Assembly (NCBI GenBank): GCA_051362555.1
Contig: CM120647.1
Span: forward strand, 15,352,651 to 15,416,650
Source: Lingula anatina
Lineage: Eukaryota; Animalia; Brachiopoda
Reading direction: 5' to 3'
DNA: 64,000 nt
Below, piece after piece: positions 52,735 through 64,000 of the stretch (the stretch's first letter is position 1; every line of letters starts with the position of its first letter). Below the pieces are notes generated by a model. The model saw nothing but the letters and a program-made list of their open reading frames with translations, searched no databases and was not told where the DNA came from. The position numbers were made by a program, and so were the translations under genes.

Positions 52735-53124
52735 TCACCTTACCAACAAACATACTTTTTCAGCTTGCCCTATGGAATGTACGATCATATTGAAGTCCTT
52801 ACAAATCGAGGTACCTATCCAGTGCGGCCATTATGTAAGAAAATCACGTAAACGGATTTTTCGAGCTCGACAATACCGATTAATTTTAAACAAAGCTAAG
52901 CAGCAGACAGCAAACCCGTGGAGAACTTTTTCAACTTGTGAAAGAAAGGTAGTTAAACCGTGTAGCATAATTGAATGGTAGGAACCGTCAAAGTGGGCTA
53001 GTCCACTACAGTGATATGAATATAACGCCATCATCGATAGCGAGAGGGGTCTTCGTGTGCAATTCACAGAGTCAGTCCGTGAAGTGACTCTCAGAAAGAG
53101 GTCCAGGAAGCTGTCCGTTACCGT

Positions 53125-53487
53125 TGACCAATAAAAAACAAGACACGCTGCAATTAGCCACTGTGACTTGATATAACGGCAGATTCTCTTTTCAGCTCAT
53201 TAGCTTCACGATTGCGCAGAGTTTCTGGAACTTGCTGGAACTCTGACATATTAGCCTGAAAATCACAGGGGAAATCTTCACGCAGGATTTCAACTAAGCC
53301 GGCCTGACGAGTATTACTTAGAGCTTTGTAACTGAAAGAAATCACGACCAGAGACCACGGTCGGGTCTGTGTGCGCTTTTAACACGAAGAGCTATAGGAC
53401 AGAAGGGTTGGGAAAACCAAAATCTCTCGAGGCGAGCCTCGGTAGCCTGGTACGGAGCAAAACATTTTGGCTTCCGGTGTCAAAGAA
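53125..53487 (+). promoter_or_regulatory. Candidate promoter and non-coding first exon of the GPCR gene
   Basis: CCAAT near 53128, TATAA near 53172, a CpG-rich leader and a donor GAA|GTAAGT at 53488. A matching acceptor tttccatttcag ends at 57180, upstream of the GPCR ATG. Confidence 0.4.
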
Positions 53488-56400
53488 GTAAGTGTAATAT
53501 GTTATTGACTAAGCATAAAACGCGCGTTAAAAATTTTACAAAAAAAGCTTTTCTATGCTTTGTCATTAGAGAAGAAAGAAATACATTATCCCTGTTGCCT
53601 TTATGGCAATACGAGTAATTTTATATGTCAGAAGATACATATATGCGGATGTTCTCCATTAGTTATTTGTCAGATATATTCCCTACAACAAAATCACTTT
53701 TGTGCCTAGAACTAGTCTGACTAGGTAACTAATAACATAACTCTTGTCTTCAAGGAAACAGACTGTGAAACGTATGACAAAAAGTAAAACACTAATCCTT
53801 GTAAATTTTGCGATTTACTGATTATACTACCGTCTATAAGGAAACAACCGAAGGATAGTAGCGTGTACATATTTATCTTCGTAGCTTGTCGCGTTATTTG
53901 GCCAAATAATTGATGGATTTAAGGAAACAGACCAGGGCACAGATAAGGAAATATAATGCCTTTATCCTTGAAAGCTCTTGCGTGCTATCATCTACCTGAT
54001 GGGTGACTGAACTACGTGAACTGATAGCATACAATAGTGGCTCTAGTATTTTGCTAAGGGGGTCCGAACGGGGGGGGGGGGGGGGGGGGGGGGGAGGGGG
54101 GGGCAGATGAGAACATTTTCTTTGCCTTGTCTCACACAGCAAATATGATTTAGGATAATTTTACTGTAACACGCACATGTAGGTCACAGTAATGCAAACA
54201 AAGACGTTTAGTTTTGTGTCGTTTAGCTTACTGATTTTAGCAGGAGCACGGTTGAAAAGAGCCGTCTGAGGCTGGAGGTAGGGGCATGACCTATCCCTGG
54301 AACCCATTCCGCGACGAATGCTAACCAGTCATAAAATGCAATTGCAAGCAAATAGTTAAATGCCTGTATGGAAAAGATGACGAACAGATGACGTGCTGTA
54401 TCGTTTTATTCGCAGCTGTGCCAGATCGCTGCCTTGAATATTTGACACGGCGGTACCTTGAACGTCAAACTCTTGTGGACATGCCCACCAGAGGTGTTCG
54501 AGGCAAATCTCGATCGAGAGAGGATGCAGTGAGAGTGTTATCTGACATACATAATGATAGAAAGTATTTGCATTTCATCGAAACACTAAAAGCGATATTA
54601 TCAATTTTGCTATATTCCTACATTCATTCGCTTTTTGTCATATCATAAAATGTAGTAAATGCAAATTAAGAAAAGTAATACATTCTACATGGTTAGTTAG
54701 AGTACACAATTCATTACTGCATGGTTTATAATACCACCTTAGTTTTCAGTATACCATGCTATGAAGAGGAAGCATGGCCATTTTAACATACTGAAAAAAG
54801 GAAACAAGTTTCTTAGCTTAACGAAAGCTGCAGTATTTTGGCCTTTTTTTTTGTAAATTTTTGTAAAAGTTGCATTAAACGAAAGCGTTATTTCGCCTCT
54901 TCAATGTCCTTCAAGCCGTTCAAGAAAGTTTCCTAGCACTGGACTGCAGTGCTTATGGTCGTGTTTAAACTGGCGATAAGACAGCGTTGACAGATAGTAT
55001 AGAAAGAGAACTGTTGAGATCTTTCACCCTAAAATGCAGTTGTCTAGCCATCAGCTGGAATTAGCAAGTCAACACCGAAGTGTTTTGATGCGACAGCATG
55101 ATCGGAAAGCATCAAACTGTTTATTTCCGTATTATCTAACCAGTAAATGGAAAAAATCCTCACGCACGGAAAACGTTTACCCAAATTAATCCATTTTCTT
55201 TTAAAAGAATTAGAACGTTGTTTCCAATTGAATTGAGTGCATGGTTATATCATAAAGAAAAATGGATTAATGTCATTGACACAAAACTGATACGGCACTT
55301 AGAAGAAATTGATCTATTTTTTTAGTGCAATTTGACAGCACCTCTGAATGAACTTCGATTGATTTGCCTAGCGTTCATCAGTTTGATAATTTCAAAGTGA
55401 TTGCGTTTTAGAAAAAATGCTTTTGATAATTATAGGGGTATTATTATATGTACACTATTAGTATTGCAAATCAGCATCTAGTTGGCTTGAATACACACAA
55501 AACACAGCTAGGGTGTACATTGGCCTTTACCTCAAATGATTGACAAACTTTTGTCCTTTTATTTCATAATTTTAATCCTATACATTTTCAAGGTGATTGT
55601 CAAACAATGGATATTTTAATTAGTTTGACAGGTGTTTTAAAGGATCTGAAGTGTCATTATTGTGCAAGCAGCTATTTAGGTGCAATTTTGACCTTGAAGT
55701 TCATCATATCACCTTTGGTCAGTTACAGGGACAGATTACAAGTTTTACTTTAATGTAGAAAGCTCAACATAGATCACCGTTCAGGTGCCGGAGTGTTTAC
55801 ATACCTTCTTTTTAAATCACTGGGTGTTTTTAGGGTCCATATGGCCTCTTTATCCGTTCGATTACAAAAATCGCTCGTTTACAGGTCTATTTTGTAAATT
55901 GCAACTTAGTATCTTGTGTTGGTTGGCATAAATTAATTTTAAATCAGTAAAGCACATTTCCATTGATAATAATACCTAAGCTATACCAGCGATTATAATA
56001 AAAGTCAATTTATAATTTTTGATGCAATCTAAAATTTCGTTTGCAAGAACATTTATGCTCGGTTTGTTATTGTGTGAGTTAGTAAAACATAGAGACGTGT
56101 CAATAAATCAATTTTAGATGATATGATGCACACATTTGTTTGTTAAAAGTTAAAAATTATTTAACACCACAGTCCCTTGTATCATTTTAAATGACATTTT
56201 ATCACCACGTTTTTATGACCCCAATGTAAAGAGGCACGTTGCCTGATGCTTTGCATATTTTGCGAATGCAATTGTATACGGTACATGTATGTCTGCTTAC
56301 ATTCAGTGAGAAATAATTACATTAAGGCAAATCAATTGAAAGACCAACACGCCAGCGTACAAAGTATAGGATTACTCTTTTTGCTAAATCGGCCCCACAC

Positions 56401-57563
56401 GGGAAAGGGCAAAATATTCTTAGCAGTATCAAAAACAAAATATAGTGCGTCATGTCATATATAGGACTGACAACCCAACTCGATAAACTTACGTTAAAGT
56501 TGGGAAAACAAGAAAGATTTGTATGAAAAGGACAAAGATAATTTTTAAGTTATTTAATTTTTGAAATCTTTTAACATGATGGGGTCCCGGTGCAAAGAAA
56601 CTGTTTCGCGAAATTTACCAAAAAATCTTCTCATTTAAATGTCGGGCTCAGAAACGTGTCAATTATTCTACTGTTACCCTCAAGACTTCATTAACAGTTG
56701 TAGCACAGCGTCTATAAATTGAACTTGGAAACGGCACGCACACACGTTTCAGTTTGATGTCAGCAAGGGCATCATTTCCGTTTTTACCGTACCAACCTTA
56801 AATGGTCAGTGTAAAAATCTAAACTGTTCTTATAAAACACCGTGCTTCGAAAGTCGTAAGGATATAACAGAATTACTGTGAAACTGAAAAAAAAAGTATG
56901 CCACCTTGTAATAAAGTTAGATAAAATAGTTCAGTGAACAGGAATAACTGCTTTTACATTATTTTGGAAAAAGATATTTCCATCTGAACCCTTTATTAGA
57001 AATATGAATTCAACAGAAAACTTAAAAAACACCCTTACGAAACTGTCATCCATACTTAGCAGGAAATAATTGTTCACCAGGGAAATCTCATCCAAGATTG
57101 GATAGACATGAATAATTCTACTGTGAAACCATTTCAAAGCAGTGCAGTATAAGAAAACTAATTTCCGGTTTCCATTTCAGGACGAAGGTTGACTTTTCCT
57201 ACATTGTGAATCAGCACAAAAAGTGCTGCCTTGAAAGCAGAAGACCTTCAACGACGAGAAAGGTATTCGCTATGCCACTAATTTTGTTATTGATTTAAAC
57301 AAGAGACAGTCGATTTAGTAAGACACCCTAGAGACTAAATTCTGTATCTGATTCTGTATCCGAGGAACACTTTCAATTTTGGAACTGTACATAGAACAAA
57401 TTTGAGCTTTTTAGTGCAGCGGAAAAAATACACACCTCATCATAAAAAGACGATTTTAGATTTCAGTGGATGATTCACATTTAATCTTAACGGAGAACGA
57501 AAAAACTTCCCGGAGACACATTAACTAACTGCCGCATAATAATTCAAACACCTCATCGCCAGA

Positions 57564-58589
57564 ATGAACGAGACAGGCCAAGGAAACAATTCAGACTTTA
57601 TAAACATTGTCTACAACAACGAGACCGGGCCGGAGCCGGCGGAAATGAATATGTATTTCTTCGCTACCGGTGGCGTTACAAATTTATTCCTGTGCATCAT
57701 GGGACTTGTCCTCAGCGGTCTTTTAATACACGGTTTAGTCAAGGAATCAAAGCAGCTCAGCTCCACCTCATTTCTTCTCATCTGCCAAACAGTGGCCGAG
57801 TCCGCCTACGCAGTCACAAGTATTCCAGTCTTCTCGGTACGATGGTTCTACTCCGTCTTTCATGGGTTTGAAAGCGCAATCTATGTCTACTTACAGGTTT
57901 TCCCGTACATGTGGTACATACTACAGTCGGCTAATCTCATTGCCGAATACCTGATCGTCTATATAGCTGTAGACAGATTCATTATCATGTGCAAGTCCAC
58001 ATTAGCGCTGACATTTTGTAAGAAGAAACAATGGGGCCGTCGCGTGGCTGGGCTGGTTCTTTTTGCCTTAGCCATGAACTTGCCAAGGCTGTTTGCATTT
58101 GAGTCTGCAACCTTAGCGCCCTGCGCCAGTGGCTCGTGTTTTCGCATGCGGCTGAAGAAGTGGCCCATGTTTACTGAAGTCTACATGTTTGGGTTCCACC
58201 TGGTGATAGTTTCTGTGGTGCCGCTTTGCATTCTGGTATACACCAATGTCCGGATCCTCCTAACTGTTTGGGCCAGTGATAGACGTGTCGGGGACGCACT
58301 CCAAAACGCCACCAAACCTAGCCGCGAGGTCACCATTGTTATTATTATCCTAATCATGGTATTCGTCGTGACAAACATACCGGTAGATGTCGTCCTGGCC
58401 ATGATGGCACTGTCCGTGAAACTACCGAGTTCTTTCCGAAAGGCGGTCGTGTATCTCGTCCCCTTCACTGTGTCCGTTAAATTGTTGGTGCCCGTCTTCA
58501 ACTTTGCCATATATGGACTTCGGAAGTCGTTCCGGAAGTATTTGAGATACATCTGTTCTAAAAAGTCCGAAACCTCCGTGGATTCGTGA
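57564..58589 (+). CDS. Class A (rhodopsin-like) GPCR, FMRFamide/peptide-receptor-like, 341 aa, single coding exon
   Basis: Seven hydrophobic segments, N-terminal glycosylation sequons (NET, NNS, NET), AVDRF after TM3, NLPRLF in TM4, VPLCILVYTN in TM5, FVVTNIP in TM6 and NFAIY..KSFR in TM7/helix 8. Confidence 0.9.
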   Translation: MNETGQGNNSDFINIVYNNETGPEPAEMNMYFFATGGVTNLFLCIMGLVLSGLLIHGLVKESKQLSSTSFLLICQTVAESAYAVTSIPVFSVRWFYSVFHGFESAIYVYLQVFPYMWYILQSANLIAEYLIVYIAVDRFIIMCKSTLALTFCKKKQWGRRVAGLVLFALAMNLPRLFAFESATLAPCASGSCFRMRLKKWPMFTEVYMFGFHLVIVSVVPLCILVYTNVRILLTVWASDRRVGDALQNATKPSREVTIVIIILIMVFVVTNIPVDVVLAMMALSVKLPSSFRKAVVYLVPFTVSVKLLVPVFNFAIYGLRKSFRKYLRYICSKKSETSVDS

Positions 58590-59863
58590 CTTCAACAGCA
58601 GTTCTTAAGTCATAAACTAATGTATGCAGTTTGCTCTAATTCAAGGAACACTGAAAGAAATACACGTGGCTCTTTTTAACGAGACGTATTTTAAAAGCAG
58701 CGTACAATTTGAGCAGAAAACCACCACATGCGCTGGCAGTTATAGCTTATATAAATAGCAATATAGTTATAGCAGAATAGTGATATAGGCCTACGCAGGT
58801 AATAAGTAATGAAAATAAGGTGTGCACATAAGCCATTTTCGATGGGCCAGCCAGTAATGCTGCGTAGGAAAAAGCGTAAAATCCACCGTTGTTGTATTTG
58901 TAATACTGGTAATACCTCGTTATCTTAACCTAGTATATGTAATGCATAGATCATTACTAAGATAGGTTAAAAGAACCCACAACCTTCAGGACGGTTGGCA
59001 CCTTTGTGCATGTAACAGCTTATCGTGAACATAAAGCAACACCAAAAAGGAACTTTCTGTGAGATGTTTCCACGCAGTTCAAAATAAGTGCCATTACACC
59101 GCCCTGTATATAATGCTATATAAGCACACCACGTTTAAAATGATCATTGGCCTTTTGCACGACGTTTGGAAACTGACACGCAATAAACATTATACCTTAT
59201 TCAACAAAATAGAAAAAAATAATTGGAAATTCCAAAAGTTTTCCATTAATCCCAAACTTATTTTTATATTTTGTGAACGGAATGAGGAAACATGAATATT
59301 TACAAGTTGAAAACGGGTTCATAAATTATGAAGTTGTCACGTTGGTGATCGATTTAAGGCATATCTGCTGAAATTTCCACCGAAGGTGACCTTGGGCTTT
59401 ATAACAGCCTTACATGTATTACTTGTCTTTGAAATTTTGAAACTTAATTGCCTACATACCACCTCGGATGCGGAGCGCAATAATATAATGAGGACACATG
59501 ATTGGCATCTCTAGCGGGTGTTAATTAACTGTCTATAAACAAAACTAATTGACTAATTTCCATTGGATTTATCATTTTGTTTATCATGCACACGGTAGGT
59601 TCCTTTGCTAGAAACTAACATACTCCTCACCAATCAAAAGCAGATGTTTTTAGATTAAATCGTTTTAAAATTACTATTGTGTGTCTGTGACGATTTTACT
59701 ACAATGGCAAAGAACGGCTGACTTTATTTTCGAAATAGTTCCGTGTGTATTAAAGGCAGAGGGAAGCTTGTATACTTGTAGGGAAAAGAAATGTGCTCGT
59801 AGATTGCATTAAACAGGAAGAACTTTGAAAAAGTAGGTAATACTTGTCATTAGGATCACTTTA

Positions 59864-59996
59864 ACAAATGATAATGGTTTTATTGCGTTGAGCTGTGTAA
59901 TAATGATGAAGGAAATGTGTTTGAAACTGAAAATACATTGCTTGGACCATATGTCATTTGGACGTTATTCTGTATGTTTCCTTGTTGAAGACTGAT
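59864..59996 (+). repeat. Diverged ~130-bp duplicate of the proximal promoter of the Cys-rich peptide gene
   Basis: acaaatgataat..ttttattgc..tgtgta..aatgat.a.g.aa..gtttgaaac...aaatac.ttgc..ggaccatat.tcat...gttattctgt..gtttccttg.tgaaga.tgata is collinear with 60982-61114. Confidence 0.8.
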
Positions 59997-61216
59997 AAAA
60001 ATTTCATATATACACATATTGCATTTATGTTATCAATAGGGGCGGCAGTAGTGAACTGATATATAACAATCTACGTATTTGCTTGGCAACAGAGAGAAAA
60101 CAAAAAGAAAACTAAAGTGAATTGTCTTAAACTTGAAAGTTTTAGGTATATTTTACCAGCCACAAAATACTCCATAAGACAAATGAATATCTTTTGCAGC
60201 GGTGTTTGGCGGGTGCAGAATACAGAATCAAGGGGAAGTTTATCATTAAAACAAAAGTTGTGGCCTCTTTGCAACCCCACAAATGAAAATATTTGCACTA
60301 TTTGTTTTGATATTTATTTTTATGATATAACATTATGTAATTTTAACTAAATAACATTATCTAATGATATATAATATATAACATCATTCTTTATTAGGGG
60401 GACCTTTCAATAAAAGTGGCCAATACAGGCCAAATTTCGAACACTATGTTTGTGTTTGTCCTTTACTTATGCTTTCACTTGGGTTAATGAGGAGACATAG
60501 AATACATTGCGGGACGGTCTGATTTTCTCAGTAAATTTCAGGGGTCGGTTTCCAATAAGATAAGAAGAAAATAAAGTGGCATTTATAATTCCACAAATAT
60601 AAGTTGCGAGTAAAATGAAATAAACATTAAAAAGCAACTTAATTATTATTTTTATTTATTTAGTTTAAGGTTAATTCACAGCACGTTTCAGAAGTTGTAC
60701 GAAAGATGTGAATACGACGTTTCTATTGCAAGTGCATCTTTTGCGTGCTTTTACATGTATATTATGCGTAGATTTCCCTTACCAAATAAACATTTTAGAT
60801 TTGAAATTAAAATAACGTAACAATGAAAATCAAATTAAATTGTGCCTATCATTTGCATGTAATAAATAGGATTTTTACCACGACAGAAAAGTAATGTATG
60901 CAAAATTGTTTAGGTTAGGAACTGAAAGAAGGAGAAAAAGAAAATAATGAGAGAGCGCTTCTGCTTTTAGACGTCGCTTTGACAAATGATAATTATTTTA
61001 TTTTATTGCATTTCACCGTGTATAAATGATTAAGAAAAGTTTGAAACAGCAAATACCTTGCCGGGACCATATTTCATGACAATGTTATTCTGTGTTTCCT
61101 TGCTGAAGATTGATAGGGATTTGCTTGCACAGAAACGCATAAATAGCGGCTTGGGTTGCAAATCTCATCATAGAGAACTGATCCAGTCTCCTGCTAGGAC
61201 AAATTCCATTGGAACA

Positions 61217-62121
61217 ATGAAGCCTTGCGTTCTTCTTGTGCTGTTAGTGCTCTTTGCCGCTGTTATCATAGAAGGTAAGAGACACATAGTATTTATAATG
61301 ACTTGAAGCTTAAGTACTGACGCAAAGAAAAGAGATACGCCAAAACTGAGTCCGTAATCTAGGCAGACGGTATCTCCGCTTAGGAGAGATTTAATTAGAA
61401 ATGTTACATTGGTATGTCGTCACTTGACAAAAAGAGGTTGTGATCAAAATCACACCCAATAAGATATACTAAAAATGTAAAATACTTAAGTAATTCAAAA
61501 ATTGTAGATAGGCAGTTGTGAGTGCTAATACTAACTAATTTTGCTTCCCGTTGAAACACAAAGTGAACCAAATAATTGTGCCTAAATTTGCATTTCCATG
61601 AATTATCTTGACACTGTCAAGTTAGAAATTATTTTAAAATATATGTGAAACCATTTTAGTCTCTTCTATGAGGGGTGTCGCTTCTTTAAAGATCAATCTC
61701 AAAAACATACTAACCCCCCCCCCCAAAAAAAAAAAAAAAAAAAAAAAAATTGTGACTACAAACAAGTACCAGTTAGAAATTGAATTTTATCTAGACTAGG
61801 AATTGGAGTTCAGAAAGGGCACAGCTGGTGCCACCCATTACTAGCACCACTCCTAAGCAAAATGAGAAAGAACACATTTTAAGTCCTCCGTGTTATTTTC
61901 TCTAATTAACATGTGAATTGAGAAATTACGCGCAAAATAATACTTTCAGTAACATGTTTATATTTTCCATTCTTTATTTTGATATAGACACAGCCGGGCA
62001 AAGTGTAGCACGTGCTTCGTGCAGCTGCTGTGGTAACGCGTGTAGCAGTGACCATGGGGCTTGCAGTTGCAATGGCTGCAGCTGTTCTGCAGTTGATCAC
62101 CCAAGAAAAAAGGTGTTGTGA
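61217..62121 (+). CDS. Small secreted cysteine-rich peptide (defensin/toxin-like), 63 aa
   Basis: Exon 61217-61274 (signal peptide, phase-1 donor GAAG|GTAAGA) plus exon 61988-62121 give MKPCVLLVLLVLFAAVIIEDTAG-QSVARASCSCCGNACSSDHGACSCNGCSCSAVDHPRKKVL*. TATA-like CATAAATA at 61138-61145. A probable 3' exon starts at 62896, with AATAAA at 63030-63035. Confidence 0.8.
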
Positions 62122-62366
62122 CCAGATTGTTCATAGCAGTATTTTCACAAATACATATTTAAACCAGCTACTTGTTACACAAAAAATGTTGATTATTAGT
62201 AAATTCTGTAAGTCAATTTGGTGATATTGCTGTGAGAAATTATGAGAGTGAATTAATGGCTTATAAAAACACCACCACAGAAAACTTTTTAATAGCAAAT
62301 ACAGTTTGTCCAAAGTTATGAGTTTAGAGACCGAAGCAAAAACGAAATGAACGGCCTTTTAAATCC

Positions 62367-62402
<36 letters not shown>

Positions 62403-62589
62403 TGAGGGGGGGGGGAAGGGACGGGTTGGTGGAAGGAGAAATAGGTTGAACATACTCCGATAGTCAAATGTGGTGTTTATTTCCATTCACTTTTGTGATT
62501 TTATTTATGGCAAGCTATAAAATGTGCACACAAATTATTTTAATAATCTAAAAAAAATGACAACCGTGTTGCAAATGATCAGTTTGAGA

Positions 62590-62830
62590 CCATTCCCAAA
62601 GATTATCGTACTAACTTTGGATTGATCTATTTCCAAGGAGGTTCTCAATAAATTGCTATCAACTTAAGCGGCTTAGATGTTTCGCATGCCCACTGAAGCT
62701 GTTAGAGGAGAATAAAATATCGTTTAGCGGCTTTAGTAGGCGTGTCAGAGCCGTTTAAGCTAAAAGCAATTTAGTGAGAAAACCCTTGGAGATGGGTCGA
62801 TCCAGTGAGATTGATCTAGGCATGGGAACC
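62590..62830. mobile_element. Palindromic MITE (family B)
   Basis: ~55-bp imperfect inverted arms: ggattgatctatttccaagg..tctcaataaattgct..cttaagcggct (from 62619) and agccgtttaag..agcaatttagtgaga..ccttggagatgggtcgatcc (to 62803). Confidence 0.7.
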
Positions 62831-63545
62831 CTGCCTTAAAATACCATGGTTCATTATTTAACAGTACTATGTTTATGTTTTTTCCCTGTTTTCAGAGGGC
62901 CCCCTTCTCCAGCGTAAGCATGACCAGTTGAACATACGGAAGAAAACAGGAAACTCGTCACACAGCTAATTGTGCAGCTCCTGCATTTGGACATTTTTGT
63001 GAATTTTGATTTCAACAATAAGTGGTCACAATAAAGATTGTAGTAAATACGCCGTATTTACTGCATTATCAAACTCTAATTTTACTACCTTTGTCGTTGT
63101 TGGGAATCGTTTGAATGCTAGATACGTATATTAAACCAATAGGCAATGCAAATCAGAGGCTCTATAATTTATATCATAAACATGGATGGAAAAATAGTCT
63201 GATTTAGTTTGCTTTATTAGAATGGGATACATTAGCTTCAGTTATAGTATTTTTTCAATTAAATTAAGGAAAAATATTGTACACAGAAAACTCGCCAATG
63301 CATTTCGAGTTCCAAAATGTTTCCTGCACTATGATTTCTTTTGCATTATTTGTCAAATTCCTCGTGTACAAATACTGACTACAGTTATATTCCTTGCATT
63401 TTAACCACTTCTTTAATGTGATGTCCAAATACAAATTAAATACTATTCACCCCAGTGCCTCGTGATTAAAGACTAAACAGAAAAAGTGAAAATATGTCAA
63501 AATAACTTTTTTTGAGAAATTCAGCTTAATTTATTTAGAAAAATT

Positions 63546-64000
63546 CTACTTTGTTGCTATAACACTTCCAAAAAAGGAAAAGTTGCAAAATTTCAGGCTG
63601 TAGCCATCTGGACATTGGCCGTAGTGGCCAATCAAGGTCATCACGCACGCGCCACCGATGGCGCACTTTTTACGGCATTCATTGGTCAGCTGCGTAATGC
63701 ACTATTTTCCACCGAAACCACTTCTACAGCTGCGGCAAAAATAACAAAGTATGATGAACAGTTTTTATATAGGTGCTATTAGATATCACCTGGAATTCTG
63801 ACAAAAATAGAATGATACTAGTAAAAAATAAACAAAGCAGAGAGCATATATAGTAGTCTGATTCTTTTTATATACATTACTTATTTCCACCTGTGTTCTA
63901 GCTTCTGCATTATATTTGACAAACTGACTAACGTACCTACAGACTGGTTCATCATCGTGAAAGACGCAGGTGCTTCCATTCTTACATTGAAAGTAACGGT
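63546..64000 (-). pseudogene. 3' end of an EGF-like repeat gene carrying an in-frame stop (pseudogene or null allele); continues beyond the window
   Basis: Exon 64000-63937 (RYFQCKNGSTCVFHDDEPVC, donor AG|GTACGT) splices in phase 2 to exon 63729-63546 (SCRSGFGGK*CITQLTNECRKKCAIGGACVMTLIGHYGQCPDGYSLKFCNFSFFGSVIATK*). TAG at 63704-63702 and AATAAA at 63535-63530. Confidence 0.8.

Noticed and set aside
52451-52981. Overlapping ORFs rich in HT/CV dipeptides (also 14108-14471 and 50242-50439)
   Set aside because: These are translations of (CA)n/(TG)n microsatellites.
63600-63735. CpG-rich block with CCAAT, TCAAGGTCA and a CTCF-like gcgccaccgatggcgc, first read as a promoter
   Set aside because: It is fully explained as the minus-strand EGF-coding exon 63729-63546.

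Overview
AT-rich, intron-containing animal genomic DNA. The gene content suggests a marine invertebrate such as a lophotrochozoan, but the species cannot be determined. Reading splice sites by hand gives five intact genes: (1) a 5-exon clavesin-like CRAL-TRIO gene (+, 5509-10380); (2) a 4-exon, 8-finger Fez/Gfi-related C2H2 transcription factor (-, 28517-22057) in a ~30 kb CpG-retaining gene desert; (3) a 6-exon, 162-aa secreted protein (+, 43814-47229) with all the hallmarks of a minimal histidine-brace copper (LPMO-like) protein, which the ORF track misses; (4) a single-coding-exon FMRFamide-receptor-like class A GPCR (+, 57564-58589); and (5) a 63-aa secreted 8-Cys peptide (+, 61217-62121) with a compressed defensin-like CxxxC...GxCx4CxC core. 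At the right edge is the 3' end of an EGF-repeat gene (-) that carries an in-frame TAG. Relics include a decayed PHD-finger exon, a 5'-truncated LINE, a decayed C2H2 array, several palindromic MITEs and microsatellites. The strongest novelty candidate is the LPMO-like gene. All gene models are manual and lack transcript evidence.
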